The position numbers were made by a program, and so were the translations under genes. Positions 9,707-19,529 of a stretch of 64,000 nt of DNA are shown here, one piece after another. Under the pieces are notes generated by a model, which worked only from the letters and a program-made list of their open reading frames with translations, had not been told where the DNA came from and did no database searches. The DNA comes from Puniceicoccaceae bacterium (GTDB lineage: Bacteria > Verrucomicrobiota > Verrucomicrobiia > Opitutales > Oceanipulchritudinaceae), in NCBI GenBank assembly GCA_040830765.1, contig JBFOMH010000019.1, positions 96,001 to 160,000 on the forward strand, in the 5' to 3' direction. Numbering within the stretch: position 1 is the stretch's first letter; every line of letters begins with the position of its first letter.

Positions 9707-11275
9707 ATGAAGAACAAGACAATCCCGGCCGGTCTGGCCCTGCTGTTGGCCCATGGCCTCCTCGCCGTTGGTCAGCCGAACATTATTTTCATCATTACCG
9801 ATGACATGTACCCCTGGCAGATGAACTTCATGCCGGAGGGGGAAGGACAAAACTACTCACCCAATCTCGACCGCCTGGCCAACGAGGGAACGGTCATGCG
9901 CAACCAGTACGTCTCATCGACCGTCTGCACACCTAGCCGCTACAGTTGCATGACCGGACGCTACGCCAGCCGTTCGCAGGATCCGGCCTTCACGCGTGTG
10001 ACGGAAGAACTCGGGCAGTCACACATTCAGTGGAATTCCTTTGCCGACCCGACACGGGAAAAGACCATCGCCCATCACCTGCGCGATGCCGGTTACCGGA
10101 CCGGCTTTGTCGGCAAGGACCATGTCATCCTGACCCCGGGGCGGAAGCATCTCAAGTTGTCGGATGATGCCGATGATCCGCGGGTGAAGAAGATCATGAA
10201 ACAGAACGCCACAGCCAGCAAGGCGGCCTACGCCCGGGCGGGCTTTGAGTACGCCGAGCGCATCTACCACAACAACCCGGATTTCAACGGAAGCCGGCAA
10301 TTGGCGGTGCACAACCAGGACTGGATCACCGAGGGGGCCCTTGAGTTTCTCGGCAAGGATGACGAACGGCCCTTCTTCCTCTACTTTGCAACGACCATCC
10401 CCCATGGACCCACCGAGGAAGATCGCTCATGGAACGCTGATCGCCGGGCCACCCCGGAAGGATGGCTGGAACATCCCCCAAAGGTCCAGCCCGATGCCGT
10501 TTCCATTGTCCGGCGCTCCATCAAGAACAAGGTCGAGGGCAAGGAAACGATTATCTGGATCGATGACGCCATCGGGGAATTGCTTAAAAAGCTCGAGGAA
10601 ACCGGCGAGCTCGAGAACACCATCATTTTCTTCTTCAATGATCACGGTCAATCCGCCAAGGGATCCGTGTATCAGGGCGGTGCCTACAATCCCAGTGTCG
10701 TCTGGAAGAAAGGCGGCTGGCCGGTCGGCAGCGATGCCCATGCCCTCGTATCAAATATCGACTTTGTCCCCACCATCCTCGACATGGCCGGTGCCCCCGC
10801 ACCCGACAATGTCGATGGCGTCAGCTTCCTGCCCGTCCTGGAGGATGAAACCGACTCCATTCGCGACTCCCTTTTCTTTGAAATGGGCTATACCCGCGCT
10901 GTGTTGAAGGACGGAGTCAAGTACATCGCCCTGCGCTATCCACCCAGTATCGCCAACATGACACGGGAGCAGCGCCAGGCAAAGCTGGACTGGATGAATA
11001 ATAACCTGCGCGACCGCGGTCGACCAGTACATACTGAAGATCCCATGGCCCCCTTTGGCCATTTGATGGAAGTCCCGGGTGGACATGATGCCGAGCAGGG
11101 TGCAGTCCGCTCATACCCGCATTATTACGAACCGGACCAGCTCTACGACATAGGGCTTGATCCGAACGAGCGCAACAACCTGATCAACGACCCCAAGTAC
11201 CTCGAGAAGGCAGTGGATCTGAAGCGCACCCTGCAAACCTATCTCGATACCCTGCCAGGAGACTTTCCCTTGTAA
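9707..11275 (+). CDS. Secreted Cys-type (S1) sulfatase
   Basis: Signal peptide, PNIIFIITDD, CTPSRYSCMTG, GYRTGFVGKDH, FNDHG, DGVSF, QLYDIGLDPNE. Confidence 0.92.
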   Translation: MKNKTIPAGLALLLAHGLLAVGQPNIIFIITDDMYPWQMNFMPEGEGQNYSPNLDRLANEGTVMRNQYVSSTVCTPSRYSCMTGRYASRSQDPAFTRVTEELGQSHIQWNSFADPTREKTIAHHLRDAGYRTGFVGKDHVILTPGRKHLKLSDDADDPRVKKIMKQNATASKAAYARAGFEYAERIYHNNPDFNGSRQLAVHNQDWITEGALEFLGKDDERPFFLYFATTIPHGPTEEDRSWNADRRATPEGWLEHPPKVQPDAVSIVRRSIKNKVEGKETIIWIDDAIGELLKKLEETGELENTIIFFFNDHGQSAKGSVYQGGAYNPSVVWKKGGWPVGSDAHALVSNIDFVPTILDMAGAPAPDNVDGVSFLPVLEDETDSIRDSLFFEMGYTRAVLKDGVKYIALRYPPSIANMTREQRQAKLDWMNNNLRDRGRPVHTEDPMAPFGHLMEVPGGHDAEQGAVRSYPHYYEPDQLYDIGLDPNERNNLINDPKYLEKAVDLKRTLQTYLDTLPGDFPL

Positions 11276-11292
11276 CTCAACTCGTCAACGCC

Positions 11293-12375
11293 ATGGAAAA
11301 GCCAGTCAAGCGGATCACCGTACGTGACATTGCCAAAGTGGCCGGAGTCAGCCACTCGACGGTCAGTCGTGCCCTGCAGGGTTCCCCCCTCGTCCGCAAA
11401 GGAACCCGGGACAGACTGGTCAAACTTGCCGAGGACATGGGCTACCGGCCAGATCCGATGCTCTCCGCCCTCACAGCATACCGGTCCCGGGTCAAGTTGA
11501 GGAAGCAGCGGAGTGCGATTGCCTTTATCATCGGGCCTTACATCGCCGACAGTTGGAAGGATATCATCGAGAGTGCCCATCAACGGGCCGAGAAACTTGG
11601 ATTTGATCTCCAGAAATATATCTGGAGGGAGGACATGTCTCCGGTCCGGCAATCGGAAATTCTCCGCTCTCGCGGTATTCGCGGAATCATCGTGGGGCCA
11701 CTGACCAAGGAGAATCACCTTATCGAGCTACCCTTGCGGACGAATTACTTCAGCCTGGTTGCTATAGGTCGTTTTATCTCCACCCCCCGTATCAATACCG
11801 TCACCCCCAACCACTTTGGCTCTGTCCGCCAAGCCATCGAAAACCTGCGGGCCAAGGGATACAAACGTGTCGGCCTGGCTCTCCTCGATCGACTTAATGC
11901 CCATGTGGATGACCGGATCCGGACGGCCTATCTCGGTTGCCAATCAAACCTGCCTGAGAACGAACAGGTCCCGGTGTGCCTCGCGACCAGTGAAGAGTGC
12001 GAGACGGAACAGATTGTCAGTTGGATTGAAAAGGAAAAGCCGGATGCGGTGATATCCTACAACCACATCCATGAGCATCTCATCGATGCCGGTTTGCGCA
12101 TCCCGGAAGACATTGCCTTTGCCTCGCTCAACCTGAACCGCCGTTACGAGGGACAGTTGGCCGGTACCAATGTCAACGACCGCATGGTCGGCCAAGTCGC
12201 AGTCAACCTGATTAACGGCCAATTGCTTATCGGAGAAATCGGGGCTCCGGAAATCCGCCAGACCCTGATCGTCGACACCTTCTGGGAAGATGGAGCAACG
12301 GCTCCGGGCAAGACCGAGGATTCCTCCTTTCAGAATGTCCTACCAGCCTACTCATCAAATGAAATACCTCATTAG
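11293..12375 (+). CDS. LacI-family transcriptional regulator
   Basis: N-terminal HTH ITVRDIAKVAGVSHSTVSRAL, GYRPDP hinge, and a periplasmic-binding-type C-domain with GLRIPEDIA. Confidence 0.93.
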   Translation: MEKPVKRITVRDIAKVAGVSHSTVSRALQGSPLVRKGTRDRLVKLAEDMGYRPDPMLSALTAYRSRVKLRKQRSAIAFIIGPYIADSWKDIIESAHQRAEKLGFDLQKYIWREDMSPVRQSEILRSRGIRGIIVGPLTKENHLIELPLRTNYFSLVAIGRFISTPRINTVTPNHFGSVRQAIENLRAKGYKRVGLALLDRLNAHVDDRIRTAYLGCQSNLPENEQVPVCLATSEECETEQIVSWIEKEKPDAVISYNHIHEHLIDAGLRIPEDIAFASLNLNRRYEGQLAGTNVNDRMVGQVAVNLINGQLLIGEIGAPEIRQTLIVDTFWEDGATAPGKTEDSSFQNVLPAYSSNEIPH

Positions 12376-13216
12376 CTTCGCTATCTTCCTTTGCCTAACC
12401 GCGGGCACTCTTGAATCGGCCCAGTCCAATACCAAGGTCTTTGACAGCTACCGTCTCGATTCAAAGCACAGTGACGACATCAACTATCCCGTTGTCGGAA
12501 TTGGGGAAAGAACGCCCCTTATCCTCAAGAATGGCCAGGTCATCGAAGGCGGACGGCACTTTATCCGTCTCAAGCCAAAGACACAGGTCAATGACGAATC
12601 CATTGAAGTCCTGTCCATGGACCAAAAGAGGAACGAGAAGGCAATCATCATCAAGGCCACCTTGAAAAGCAGCGTGCCCATGGAACGGCCCTTCGCGCTC
12701 GTCATCTACGAGGTCCCCGGAAAGGGTGACATGCGGTGCAAGTTCTCCAAACTGCCAAAAATGACCGGTGAGCCCCAACAGGTCACGATGCGCTTCAATG
12801 CCAACGGTGTCCCCGAAAAGGGATGGACCCTGCGCTTTTTCAATGGTCAGGATGAAGTCTATACTGACCAGATCCCCGATCTGCGCGACGCCAAGCCCAT
12901 CGAGGCGTTTGTGCTTCATCTTGGCCGGCACATGAACAAGGTTGGCCTCGGCGACGCCGGCCCAGCGCCGTATTATGTACCCGTCAGCAAGCCAGGTCCG
13001 GAATTGCTTCCCGAAGGGGACGAACCGGTGATGATACGGGTCAAAATGACCATCAAGGAAGACGGCCGCGTTGGCGAATTCTCTTTTCCGGACGAACTGG
13101 ATGCGGAATTGGAAAAGCATATCTCCACCAGCATCCGGCAATGGCTACTCTTTCCCCGGATCAAAAACGGGCAACGGTTGGAAACAACAGTTGTATTTCC
13201 TCTGCAACTACGCTGA
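12359..13216 (+). CDS. Exported protein with C-terminal TonB-C-like domain
   Basis: Likely start ATG 12359 (MKYLISFAIFLCLTAG signal peptide), overlapping the LacI stop. The C-terminus IRVKMTIKEDGRV...SIRQWLLFPRIKNGQRLETTVVFP resembles the TonB C-terminal fold. Confidence 0.65.
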   Translation: MKYLISFAIFLCLTAGTLESAQSNTKVFDSYRLDSKHSDDINYPVVGIGERTPLILKNGQVIEGGRHFIRLKPKTQVNDESIEVLSMDQKRNEKAIIIKATLKSSVPMERPFALVIYEVPGKGDMRCKFSKLPKMTGEPQQVTMRFNANGVPEKGWTLRFFNGQDEVYTDQIPDLRDAKPIEAFVLHLGRHMNKVGLGDAGPAPYYVPVSKPGPELLPEGDEPVMIRVKMTIKEDGRVGEFSFPDELDAELEKHISTSIRQWLLFPRIKNGQRLETTVVFPLQLR

Positions 13217-13252
13217 TTCTTCCCAATCACGATCTACAGGAATCGAAAACCT

Positions 13253-14719
13253 ATGAAAAAAGTTTACTACATGGTCCTGTGCCTGCTTGCGGCAAAAGCT
13301 CTGTGCGCTGCGGACAGGCCAAACATACTCCTCATCGGCATCGATGACCTGCGTCCCGAGCTGGGCTGCTACGGGGCCAACCACATGGTCACGCCCAACT
13401 TGGATAACCTGGCCACCGAGAGCATTCGCTTTGACCGGGCCTATACCCAGCAGGCGGTCTGCCTGCCGGCACGGATCAGCCTCTACAGTGGGCAGTATCC
13501 GCAGACCACAGGGGTGACCACCCTGCAGGACAAGTTCTGGCAACTACATGACAATCCCCTCACCCTGATGCGTTACCTTCGTGAAAACGGCTATCACGCC
13601 ATTGGAATGGGTAAGATCCTCCACGATGAGCAGTGGAAGGAATGGGACGACTGGACGGAGATGATGAACCTCTCCGAGATCTACAAGTCCCGTTATACAT
13701 CCCAGGAAAGCCTCGTCGAGCTGGAACAGCTCAAGAAGGAGGCACGGGCCAAGGGCCTCAAGGGCAAGGCCTATCGGCAGTACGTCAAGCTCGGCCCCAC
13801 TGAGCAGACCTTTGGTCCGGATGAGAATTACCATGACTATGCCCTGACCAACCTCGCTATCAGGAAACTGCGGCAACACAAGAACGGCGACAAACCGTTC
13901 TTTCTCAATATCGGCTATCGCAAGCCGCACCTGCCGTTTGTCGCGCCGAAGCGCTATTGGGACCTCTACGACCGTGATCAACTGCACCTGGCCGCCAATC
14001 AGCAGGCCCCGGAAGGCGCGCCGGACATTGCCTTGATGACATGGGGGGAGCTGCGGGCTTACAAGGGTGTTCCAGCAAAGGGTCCGGTGACGGATGAAAT
14101 GGCCCTGGAGTTAATCCATGGCTACTATGCCTGTGTCAGTTTTGTCGATGACCAGATTGGCCGGCTGCTCCAGGCCCTCGATGCCGAAGGCCTGCGCGAA
14201 AACACCCTTGTCATCGTGTGGAGCGACCATGGCTGGAAGCTTGGCGAGCATGGCATGTGGTGCAAGCATACCAACTACGAAATCGATACCCGTATTCCTC
14301 TTTTTATTCGCCTGCCCGATGGCCGCCAAGCCGGATCAACCGCCGGAGAACTGACCGAGCTCATCGACCTCTACCCGACCCTTTGTGATTACCTCGGACT
14401 CCCCATCCCGGAGCACTGTGAAGGAAAGAGCATCACTTACCTATTTGAGGATGCCGGGCAAGTTAAGGCGGAGGCCGCCTACAGCGAATTCCAGCGCCAT
14501 GCCGGCATTACCGGATTCACCATGAAGTCAGGAAATCTTCGCTACACGGAATGGATCCACTTGCAGAGTGGCGAAGTTAAGGATCGCGAGCTTTACGACC
14601 ATACGGTCGATCCGGATGAAAACCGCAATCGGATCAATGACCCGGCCTTTGCGGAAAAGCTTCCCCTACTCGCCCAGCGCCTCCACAAGGGTCCCGCCGG
14701 GCGCTACATCAAGAACTAG
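13253..14719 (+). CDS. Secreted Cys-type (S1) sulfatase, iduronate-2-sulfatase-like
   Basis: Signal peptide, PNILLIGIDDL, CLPARISLYSG, KPHLPFVAPK, WSDHGWKLGEHG. Confidence 0.92.
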   Translation: MKKVYYMVLCLLAAKALCAADRPNILLIGIDDLRPELGCYGANHMVTPNLDNLATESIRFDRAYTQQAVCLPARISLYSGQYPQTTGVTTLQDKFWQLHDNPLTLMRYLRENGYHAIGMGKILHDEQWKEWDDWTEMMNLSEIYKSRYTSQESLVELEQLKKEARAKGLKGKAYRQYVKLGPTEQTFGPDENYHDYALTNLAIRKLRQHKNGDKPFFLNIGYRKPHLPFVAPKRYWDLYDRDQLHLAANQQAPEGAPDIALMTWGELRAYKGVPAKGPVTDEMALELIHGYYACVSFVDDQIGRLLQALDAEGLRENTLVIVWSDHGWKLGEHGMWCKHTNYEIDTRIPLFIRLPDGRQAGSTAGELTELIDLYPTLCDYLGLPIPEHCEGKSITYLFEDAGQVKAEAAYSEFQRHAGITGFTMKSGNLRYTEWIHLQSGEVKDRELYDHTVDPDENRNRINDPAFAEKLPLLAQRLHKGPAGRYIKN

Positions 14720-14733
14720 GGCGCGGGAGCCGC

Positions 14734-16134
14734 TTACTTCAAGCTCCGTTGCAGGAGTTTCCAGCCAGTTGAGCTGGCGTGGAGTTCCCTGGACAATTCC
14801 TCGACCACATCGGCGTAGGCCTTCTTGCCAGCCAGGTTTTCCTTGCCGAAGGGATCCTTCTCGAAGTCGAAGAGATCCCGCCCGACGACCTTTGCGGTCT
14901 TGGTATGGATCCATTCAATATACCGGTACCGGGGACTCCTCACCGAGTAGCCGTAGGCTCCACGGCTCTTGTAAATGGCCGTGCTGACCTTGCGGGGGAA
15001 AGCCATGTCACTCTCGAGACAGGCGGCAAGGCTCACGCCCTGCAATTGACTTGGGGTGGTTAATCCCGCCAGCTCGCACAGCGTCGGAAAGACATCTGTG
15101 AACTCCACCGGGGCCTTGGTCACTATCTCGGTTCCCTTTCTCGGATCGACAATGATCAATGGAGCCCGCACGGCCTCCTCAAAGGCGGTATGCTTGCCCC
15201 AGAGGCCGTGATCGCCAAGGTGGAATCCATGGTCCCCCCAGAGGACAATGATCGTGTTATCTGCCTCCCCAAGGGCATCCAGCTCATCGAGCAGGCTTCC
15301 GATCAGGAAGTCTACCCAGGAGACGCAGGCAAGATAGCCATGAATCATGTTGCGTTGCACCTCCTCCGGGATGTCACCCTCATCCGGAACACCATCATAT
15401 CCCCGGGTTTCATTTGAATTCCAATATCCGTAACCGGAATTGCCCCTGGCTTTCTCCTGGAAGACCGCCAACTCGATTGCCGCGGGATCGTAAAGGTCCC
15501 AAAAGCGTTTGGGGGCAACGAATGGCAAGTGTGGCTTCTTGAATCCAACGGCTAGGAAGAATGGTTTCTCTGAACCTGAAACTTCCCTGAGCCGCTCAAG
15601 ACCACCCTTGAGGATGCGTCCATCGGGAAAGGCCTCATCGGGCAGGTTATGAGCTGCCGTCACCTGCCGGCTCTTGGGCATCAGGGGAACATCACTAGGC
15701 GGTGCTTCCATGTAGGGAAGCGTCCACGAAGGAGCATCCCCCTGCTGGCGACCGTCAACGCAACGGGGATCATAAATCTTACCCACCCCGGCGGTAATGT
15801 AGCCGTTGTTCTTGAAATGTTGCGGCAGGGTCAGGACATCCGGATTCACGTCCCTCATCTTTGTCTTTAGGTTGAGGACTCCTGTTGTCTCGGGCCGAAG
15901 CCCCGTGAGGATGCTGGCCCGCGAGGGTCCGCAAACAGGAAACTGGCAGGCGGCATTCAGGAAGGTGGTCCCTTCGCTGGCCAGTTTGTCTATACGCGGT
16001 GATTGCACTTCCGCGTATCCGTAATTCCCGAGCAACGGCTTGAGGTCATCAACGGCGATAAACAGTACATTGGGCCGGTTGCCGAGTACCGTGCAGGCGC
16101 AGGTAAGGAAGGTTAATAGAATCAGGCGTTTCAT
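14734..16134 (-). CDS. Secreted Cys-type (S1) sulfatase, iduronate-2-sulfatase-like
   Basis: Signal peptide, PNVLFIAVDDL, CGPSRASILTG, KPHLPFVAPK, WGDHGFHLGDHG. Confidence 0.92.
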   Translation of the reverse strand: MKRLILLTFLTCACTVLGNRPNVLFIAVDDLKPLLGNYGYAEVQSPRIDKLASEGTTFLNAACQFPVCGPSRASILTGLRPETTGVLNLKTKMRDVNPDVLTLPQHFKNNGYITAGVGKIYDPRCVDGRQQGDAPSWTLPYMEAPPSDVPLMPKSRQVTAAHNLPDEAFPDGRILKGGLERLREVSGSEKPFFLAVGFKKPHLPFVAPKRFWDLYDPAAIELAVFQEKARGNSGYGYWNSNETRGYDGVPDEGDIPEEVQRNMIHGYLACVSWVDFLIGSLLDELDALGEADNTIIVLWGDHGFHLGDHGLWGKHTAFEEAVRAPLIIVDPRKGTEIVTKAPVEFTDVFPTLCELAGLTTPSQLQGVSLAACLESDMAFPRKVSTAIYKSRGAYGYSVRSPRYRYIEWIHTKTAKVVGRDLFDFEKDPFGKENLAGKKAYADVVEELSRELHASSTGWKLLQRSLK

Positions 16135-16161
16135 GAATAATCCCGTGTAGAGGTAAATGGA

Positions 16162-17562
16162 CTACCGTTTCTGCTTGCGGTCGCGGACGTTCATTTCCGC
16201 TTTCCAGGCCTTCAACTCCTTGTAAAGGGCCTTTTCGATCTTGGGCAGCTTGCCGGCAAGGTTGGACTTCTCACCCGGGTCGGCCTCCAGATCATAAACT
16301 TCGATTCGCTTCTGGTCGAAAAACTCAAGGAGCTTGTAGGGCCCGCGGCGTATGACCGCTGCATTGTAATCCCCTGTGTTATGCCGTCGACCCACATCGG
16401 AATACCAGAAAAAGCTGCGATCGGCATTTAGATTGTCATTCCCCTTCAAGCCATCGACAAAGCTGACGCCATCCACATGATCATCCGGTTGCAGCGGTAG
16501 ACCCAGCATTTCAAGAATGGTCGGGTAATAGTCCATCCCGGTGATCGGGAAGTGGCCCGTCGAACCGGCCTTCACTGCACCGGGCCAATAGACCACTACC
16601 GGGATGCGGATACCCCCCTCGTACATGTGACCCTTCCCTGCCCGCAGGGGAAGATTTGTGGTCGCGAGCTCCCGTTTGTTGTCCGGGCCTGAATTAGATA
16701 GACCACCGTGATCGGAGGTCAGGATGATGATTGTGTCCTCAAACAGGTTGTGGCGCTTGAGGGCATCGATAACGGTTTTCAAGCTTTCATCCACGCTCTC
16801 CACCATGGCCGCGTACCCGGCGTTCGTCGGGTGGCGCAGGTGGCGTCCGTCGGGGCCGATCTCATATTCCGGGCCGTCAAATTCGATCCCCCCTATCTTC
16901 TCATTATAGCGAGCCGTCTTGTCCGGCTTTCCCTGAATAGGCGTGTGGACCGCGTAGTGGGACAAGTAGATAAAGAACGGGTCGCCCTTGTTTGCATCGA
17001 TGAACTCCACAGTCTTCCGGGTCAGGTGGTCGGTCAGGTATTCGCCCTCGTCCGGCTCCAGGGTGTCCGTACCGGTAAGATTTTTCTCGCTCCCGTATGG
17101 GGGAAAATAAGCACCTGGCGCTCCTGCGCTGCCGCCCCCTATGTTGATGTCAAAGCCCTGCGCATCGGGATAGCGCTCCGGACTTTTGCCCAGATGCCAC
17201 TTTCCGGTAAAGAATGTCTTGTAGCCATGGACCTTGAGGGCTTCCGCCATCGTCACATGGGAGGGATCCATGTCCGTCAAACGCTCCCCCTTGCCCTCGG
17301 CGCGACTGGGATGAACCCCTGTTATCATGGCAAAGCGCGAGGGAACACAACGGGGATAGGCCGCGTAGGCCTTCTTGAGGAGCATGCCTTGCCTGGCCAG
17401 ATCGTCGATGGCCGGTGTCTCATAGACGGGTGATCCGGTTAGGGACAAATCGTGATACCCGAAATCATCAACGAGGAAGAAGACGACGTTGGGCCGGGTA
17501 GCCGCGGAAACAGTCGCCGCCGCGACAAGGCAAGACAGGATTAAGGGCTGGATGATTTTCAT
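16162..17562 (-). CDS. Secreted Cys-type (S1) sulfatase, arylsulfatase A-like
   Basis: Signal peptide, PNVVFFLVDD, CVPSRFAMITG, GKWHLG, TSDHGG, RAGKGHMYEGGIRIP. Confidence 0.92.
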   Translation of the reverse strand: MKIIQPLILSCLVAAATVSAATRPNVVFFLVDDFGYHDLSLTGSPVYETPAIDDLARQGMLLKKAYAAYPRCVPSRFAMITGVHPSRAEGKGERLTDMDPSHVTMAEALKVHGYKTFFTGKWHLGKSPERYPDAQGFDINIGGGSAGAPGAYFPPYGSEKNLTGTDTLEPDEGEYLTDHLTRKTVEFIDANKGDPFFIYLSHYAVHTPIQGKPDKTARYNEKIGGIEFDGPEYEIGPDGRHLRHPTNAGYAAMVESVDESLKTVIDALKRHNLFEDTIIILTSDHGGLSNSGPDNKRELATTNLPLRAGKGHMYEGGIRIPVVVYWPGAVKAGSTGHFPITGMDYYPTILEMLGLPLQPDDHVDGVSFVDGLKGNDNLNADRSFFWYSDVGRRHNTGDYNAAVIRRGPYKLLEFFDQKRIEVYDLEADPGEKSNLAGKLPKIEKALYKELKAWKAEMNVRDRKQKR

Positions 17563-17683
17563 GCTGGGGTAGAATTAAGCTAACGAATACTTGAAGGTGA
17601 CACAAGTCTGCCGACAACCAAATACACCAGTGTGCAAAAGTCTTCCCATTGCCAAGAGAGGTGGAAGCCTGTAAGAGAGAGGC

Positions 17684-19528
17684 ATGAGAACAGGAAGAGC
17701 GAGAACAGGCAGGAGTTGGAGACTGGTACTGGCCCTGGCAACGGGCCTTGCGGGCTCAGGACTAGCGGGAGCCATGGAATGGCAGGCGGTGGACGCCAGC
17801 GGCAAGCCAACGGGGGATCTTGCTCCGGACGGACGGCTTGAACTCAGCTGGCAGGAAGACACCGGCGTCCCTTGGGCGACCGGGCCAGCCTGGCGGACAG
17901 CGGTTGATATTAAGCCGGAGGCGAAAGCGCTGCAAATCCGCTTTCAAGCCCGGTCAACTGCCGGCGAGTCCGGCAGACTGGACCATGCCATGAAGCTGCA
18001 TGTCTTGAAAGCCCTTGGGGAGCGTCCTTTTTTTCGCTGTGGTCCCCACCTCCGCAACGAATGGGAACAATTCGAAGTCACCCTTGGCCTTCCGGGGGAT
18101 TTGAAGAAAGGGCGCATCTTCATCTTCCTGGCCTATGGCTGGGGAAGCTCAGCGATTGAGGTGCAGGCAGTTGAATGCCATCAATTGACCGATCCTCCAC
18201 CCGCGCAGGACTGGCGCAGGATGGGCAGCTGGTACGATGGGCAGGCAATGAATGCCCCCTGGCGGGCCAAGGCAGAGGAAATGATCGAGCAGCACCGGAA
18301 AGCGGATGTCACGGTCCAGGTAGTCGATCTTGCCGGCCAGCCGGTGGAGAATGCCATGGTTGTCCTTGAACAGCAAAGCCATGCCTACCAGTTCGGAACG
18401 GCAGTGGCGACCCAGCAATATCGCTGGATGCGGAAAACGGGGGCCAATCCCTCCCGTGAATCCTCACTTGTCGCTCTTGACATTCCCGGGAATCCGCTCG
18501 ACCGCGAAAAGGCTGTCGCGGATGCCCGGCGCTACTTCTCGGAAATTGTCGCGAACTTTAACTACTTCGTGACCGAAAACGGGCTTAAGGCGCAGGCTTG
18601 GGCCGGTGATTGGGCGGGCTTCAGGCTGGAAGACACCTTTGGGGCGATCCAGTACCTGACGGACCAGGGACTTGAGGCCAAGGGGCATGTCCTGGTTTGG
18701 CCGGGCTGGAAAAACGCCCCCCTTTACATGAAGGAGCACGGAACGGATCCAGCCGTCCTCGACCGACTGGTCAAGGCCCACATTGTCGATATTGGGAGCA
18801 CCATGAATGGCAAGGTCGGCAGTTTTGATGTCATGAATGAGGCCTTCAATAACAACGATTTCATGGAGATTATCGGCAATCAGGTCATGACAGAGTGGTT
18901 CAAGCTGGCCGATCAGGTCCTGCCGGATGCACGTCTGTGCGTGAATGATTTTCTTCTCATCGCCAACGGGGGCCGCTACACCGAAAAGCTCGACTTCTAT
19001 GAGGACCTGGTGGGGCAACTGCTAGAGGAAGGGGCGCCCCTTGATGTCATTGGATTTCAGCACCATTACCGGCACACTTTCCTGACCTCCCCGGAAAGGG
19101 TCTGGGAGCTGTGTGATCGCTACAGCCGCTTCAACCTGCCGCTGGAATGCAGCGAATTCGATGTCAGCATTGAGGATGAACAGCTTCAGGCGGACTTCAC
19201 GCGGGATCTCCTGACGGCCTGGTTCGCGCATCCATCCACCCGGGCCTTCCTGTTCTGGGGATTTTGGGAGGAGGCGCACTGGCTCCCGGATGCCGCGCTG
19301 ATTACAAGGGACTGGCGAAAGAAGCCCAACTACCATGCCTACCGGGACCTTGTCTTCAATAAATGGTGGTCCGGTTGGGAGGAGAGCCGCACTGGTAGCG
19401 ATGGTCTAACGACAAGCCGCGTCTTCCACGGGACCTACACGGTTACCATCATCAGGGACGGCATGACCCAGACCCTTCAGGGCGTGGAGGTTGGTCATGG
19501 CGGATCAGCGTTAATCGTCCGCCTATGA
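17684..19528 (+). CDS. GH10 family glycoside hydrolase (endo-1,4-beta-xylanase-like) with N-terminal CBM-like domain
   Basis: Signal peptide, then TENGLK, KGHVLVWP, FDVMNE (acid/base), IGFQHH, SEFDV (nucleophile), FLFWGFWE. Confidence 0.85.
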   Translation: MRTGRARTGRSWRLVLALATGLAGSGLAGAMEWQAVDASGKPTGDLAPDGRLELSWQEDTGVPWATGPAWRTAVDIKPEAKALQIRFQARSTAGESGRLDHAMKLHVLKALGERPFFRCGPHLRNEWEQFEVTLGLPGDLKKGRIFIFLAYGWGSSAIEVQAVECHQLTDPPPAQDWRRMGSWYDGQAMNAPWRAKAEEMIEQHRKADVTVQVVDLAGQPVENAMVVLEQQSHAYQFGTAVATQQYRWMRKTGANPSRESSLVALDIPGNPLDREKAVADARRYFSEIVANFNYFVTENGLKAQAWAGDWAGFRLEDTFGAIQYLTDQGLEAKGHVLVWPGWKNAPLYMKEHGTDPAVLDRLVKAHIVDIGSTMNGKVGSFDVMNEAFNNNDFMEIIGNQVMTEWFKLADQVLPDARLCVNDFLLIANGGRYTEKLDFYEDLVGQLLEEGAPLDVIGFQHHYRHTFLTSPERVWELCDRYSRFNLPLECSEFDVSIEDEQLQADFTRDLLTAWFAHPSTRAFLFWGFWEEAHWLPDAALITRDWRKKPNYHAYRDLVFNKWWSGWEESRTGSDGLTTSRVFHGTYTVTIIRDGMTQTLQGVEVGHGGSALIVRL

Positions 19529-19529
19529 C

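Noticed and set aside
9166..14280. Identical 32-bp segment in two sulfatase genes (9166-9197 and 14249-14280)
   Set aside because: It encodes the conserved HGMWCKHTNYE motif, made mostly of low-degeneracy codons. Paralogy explains it without gene conversion.
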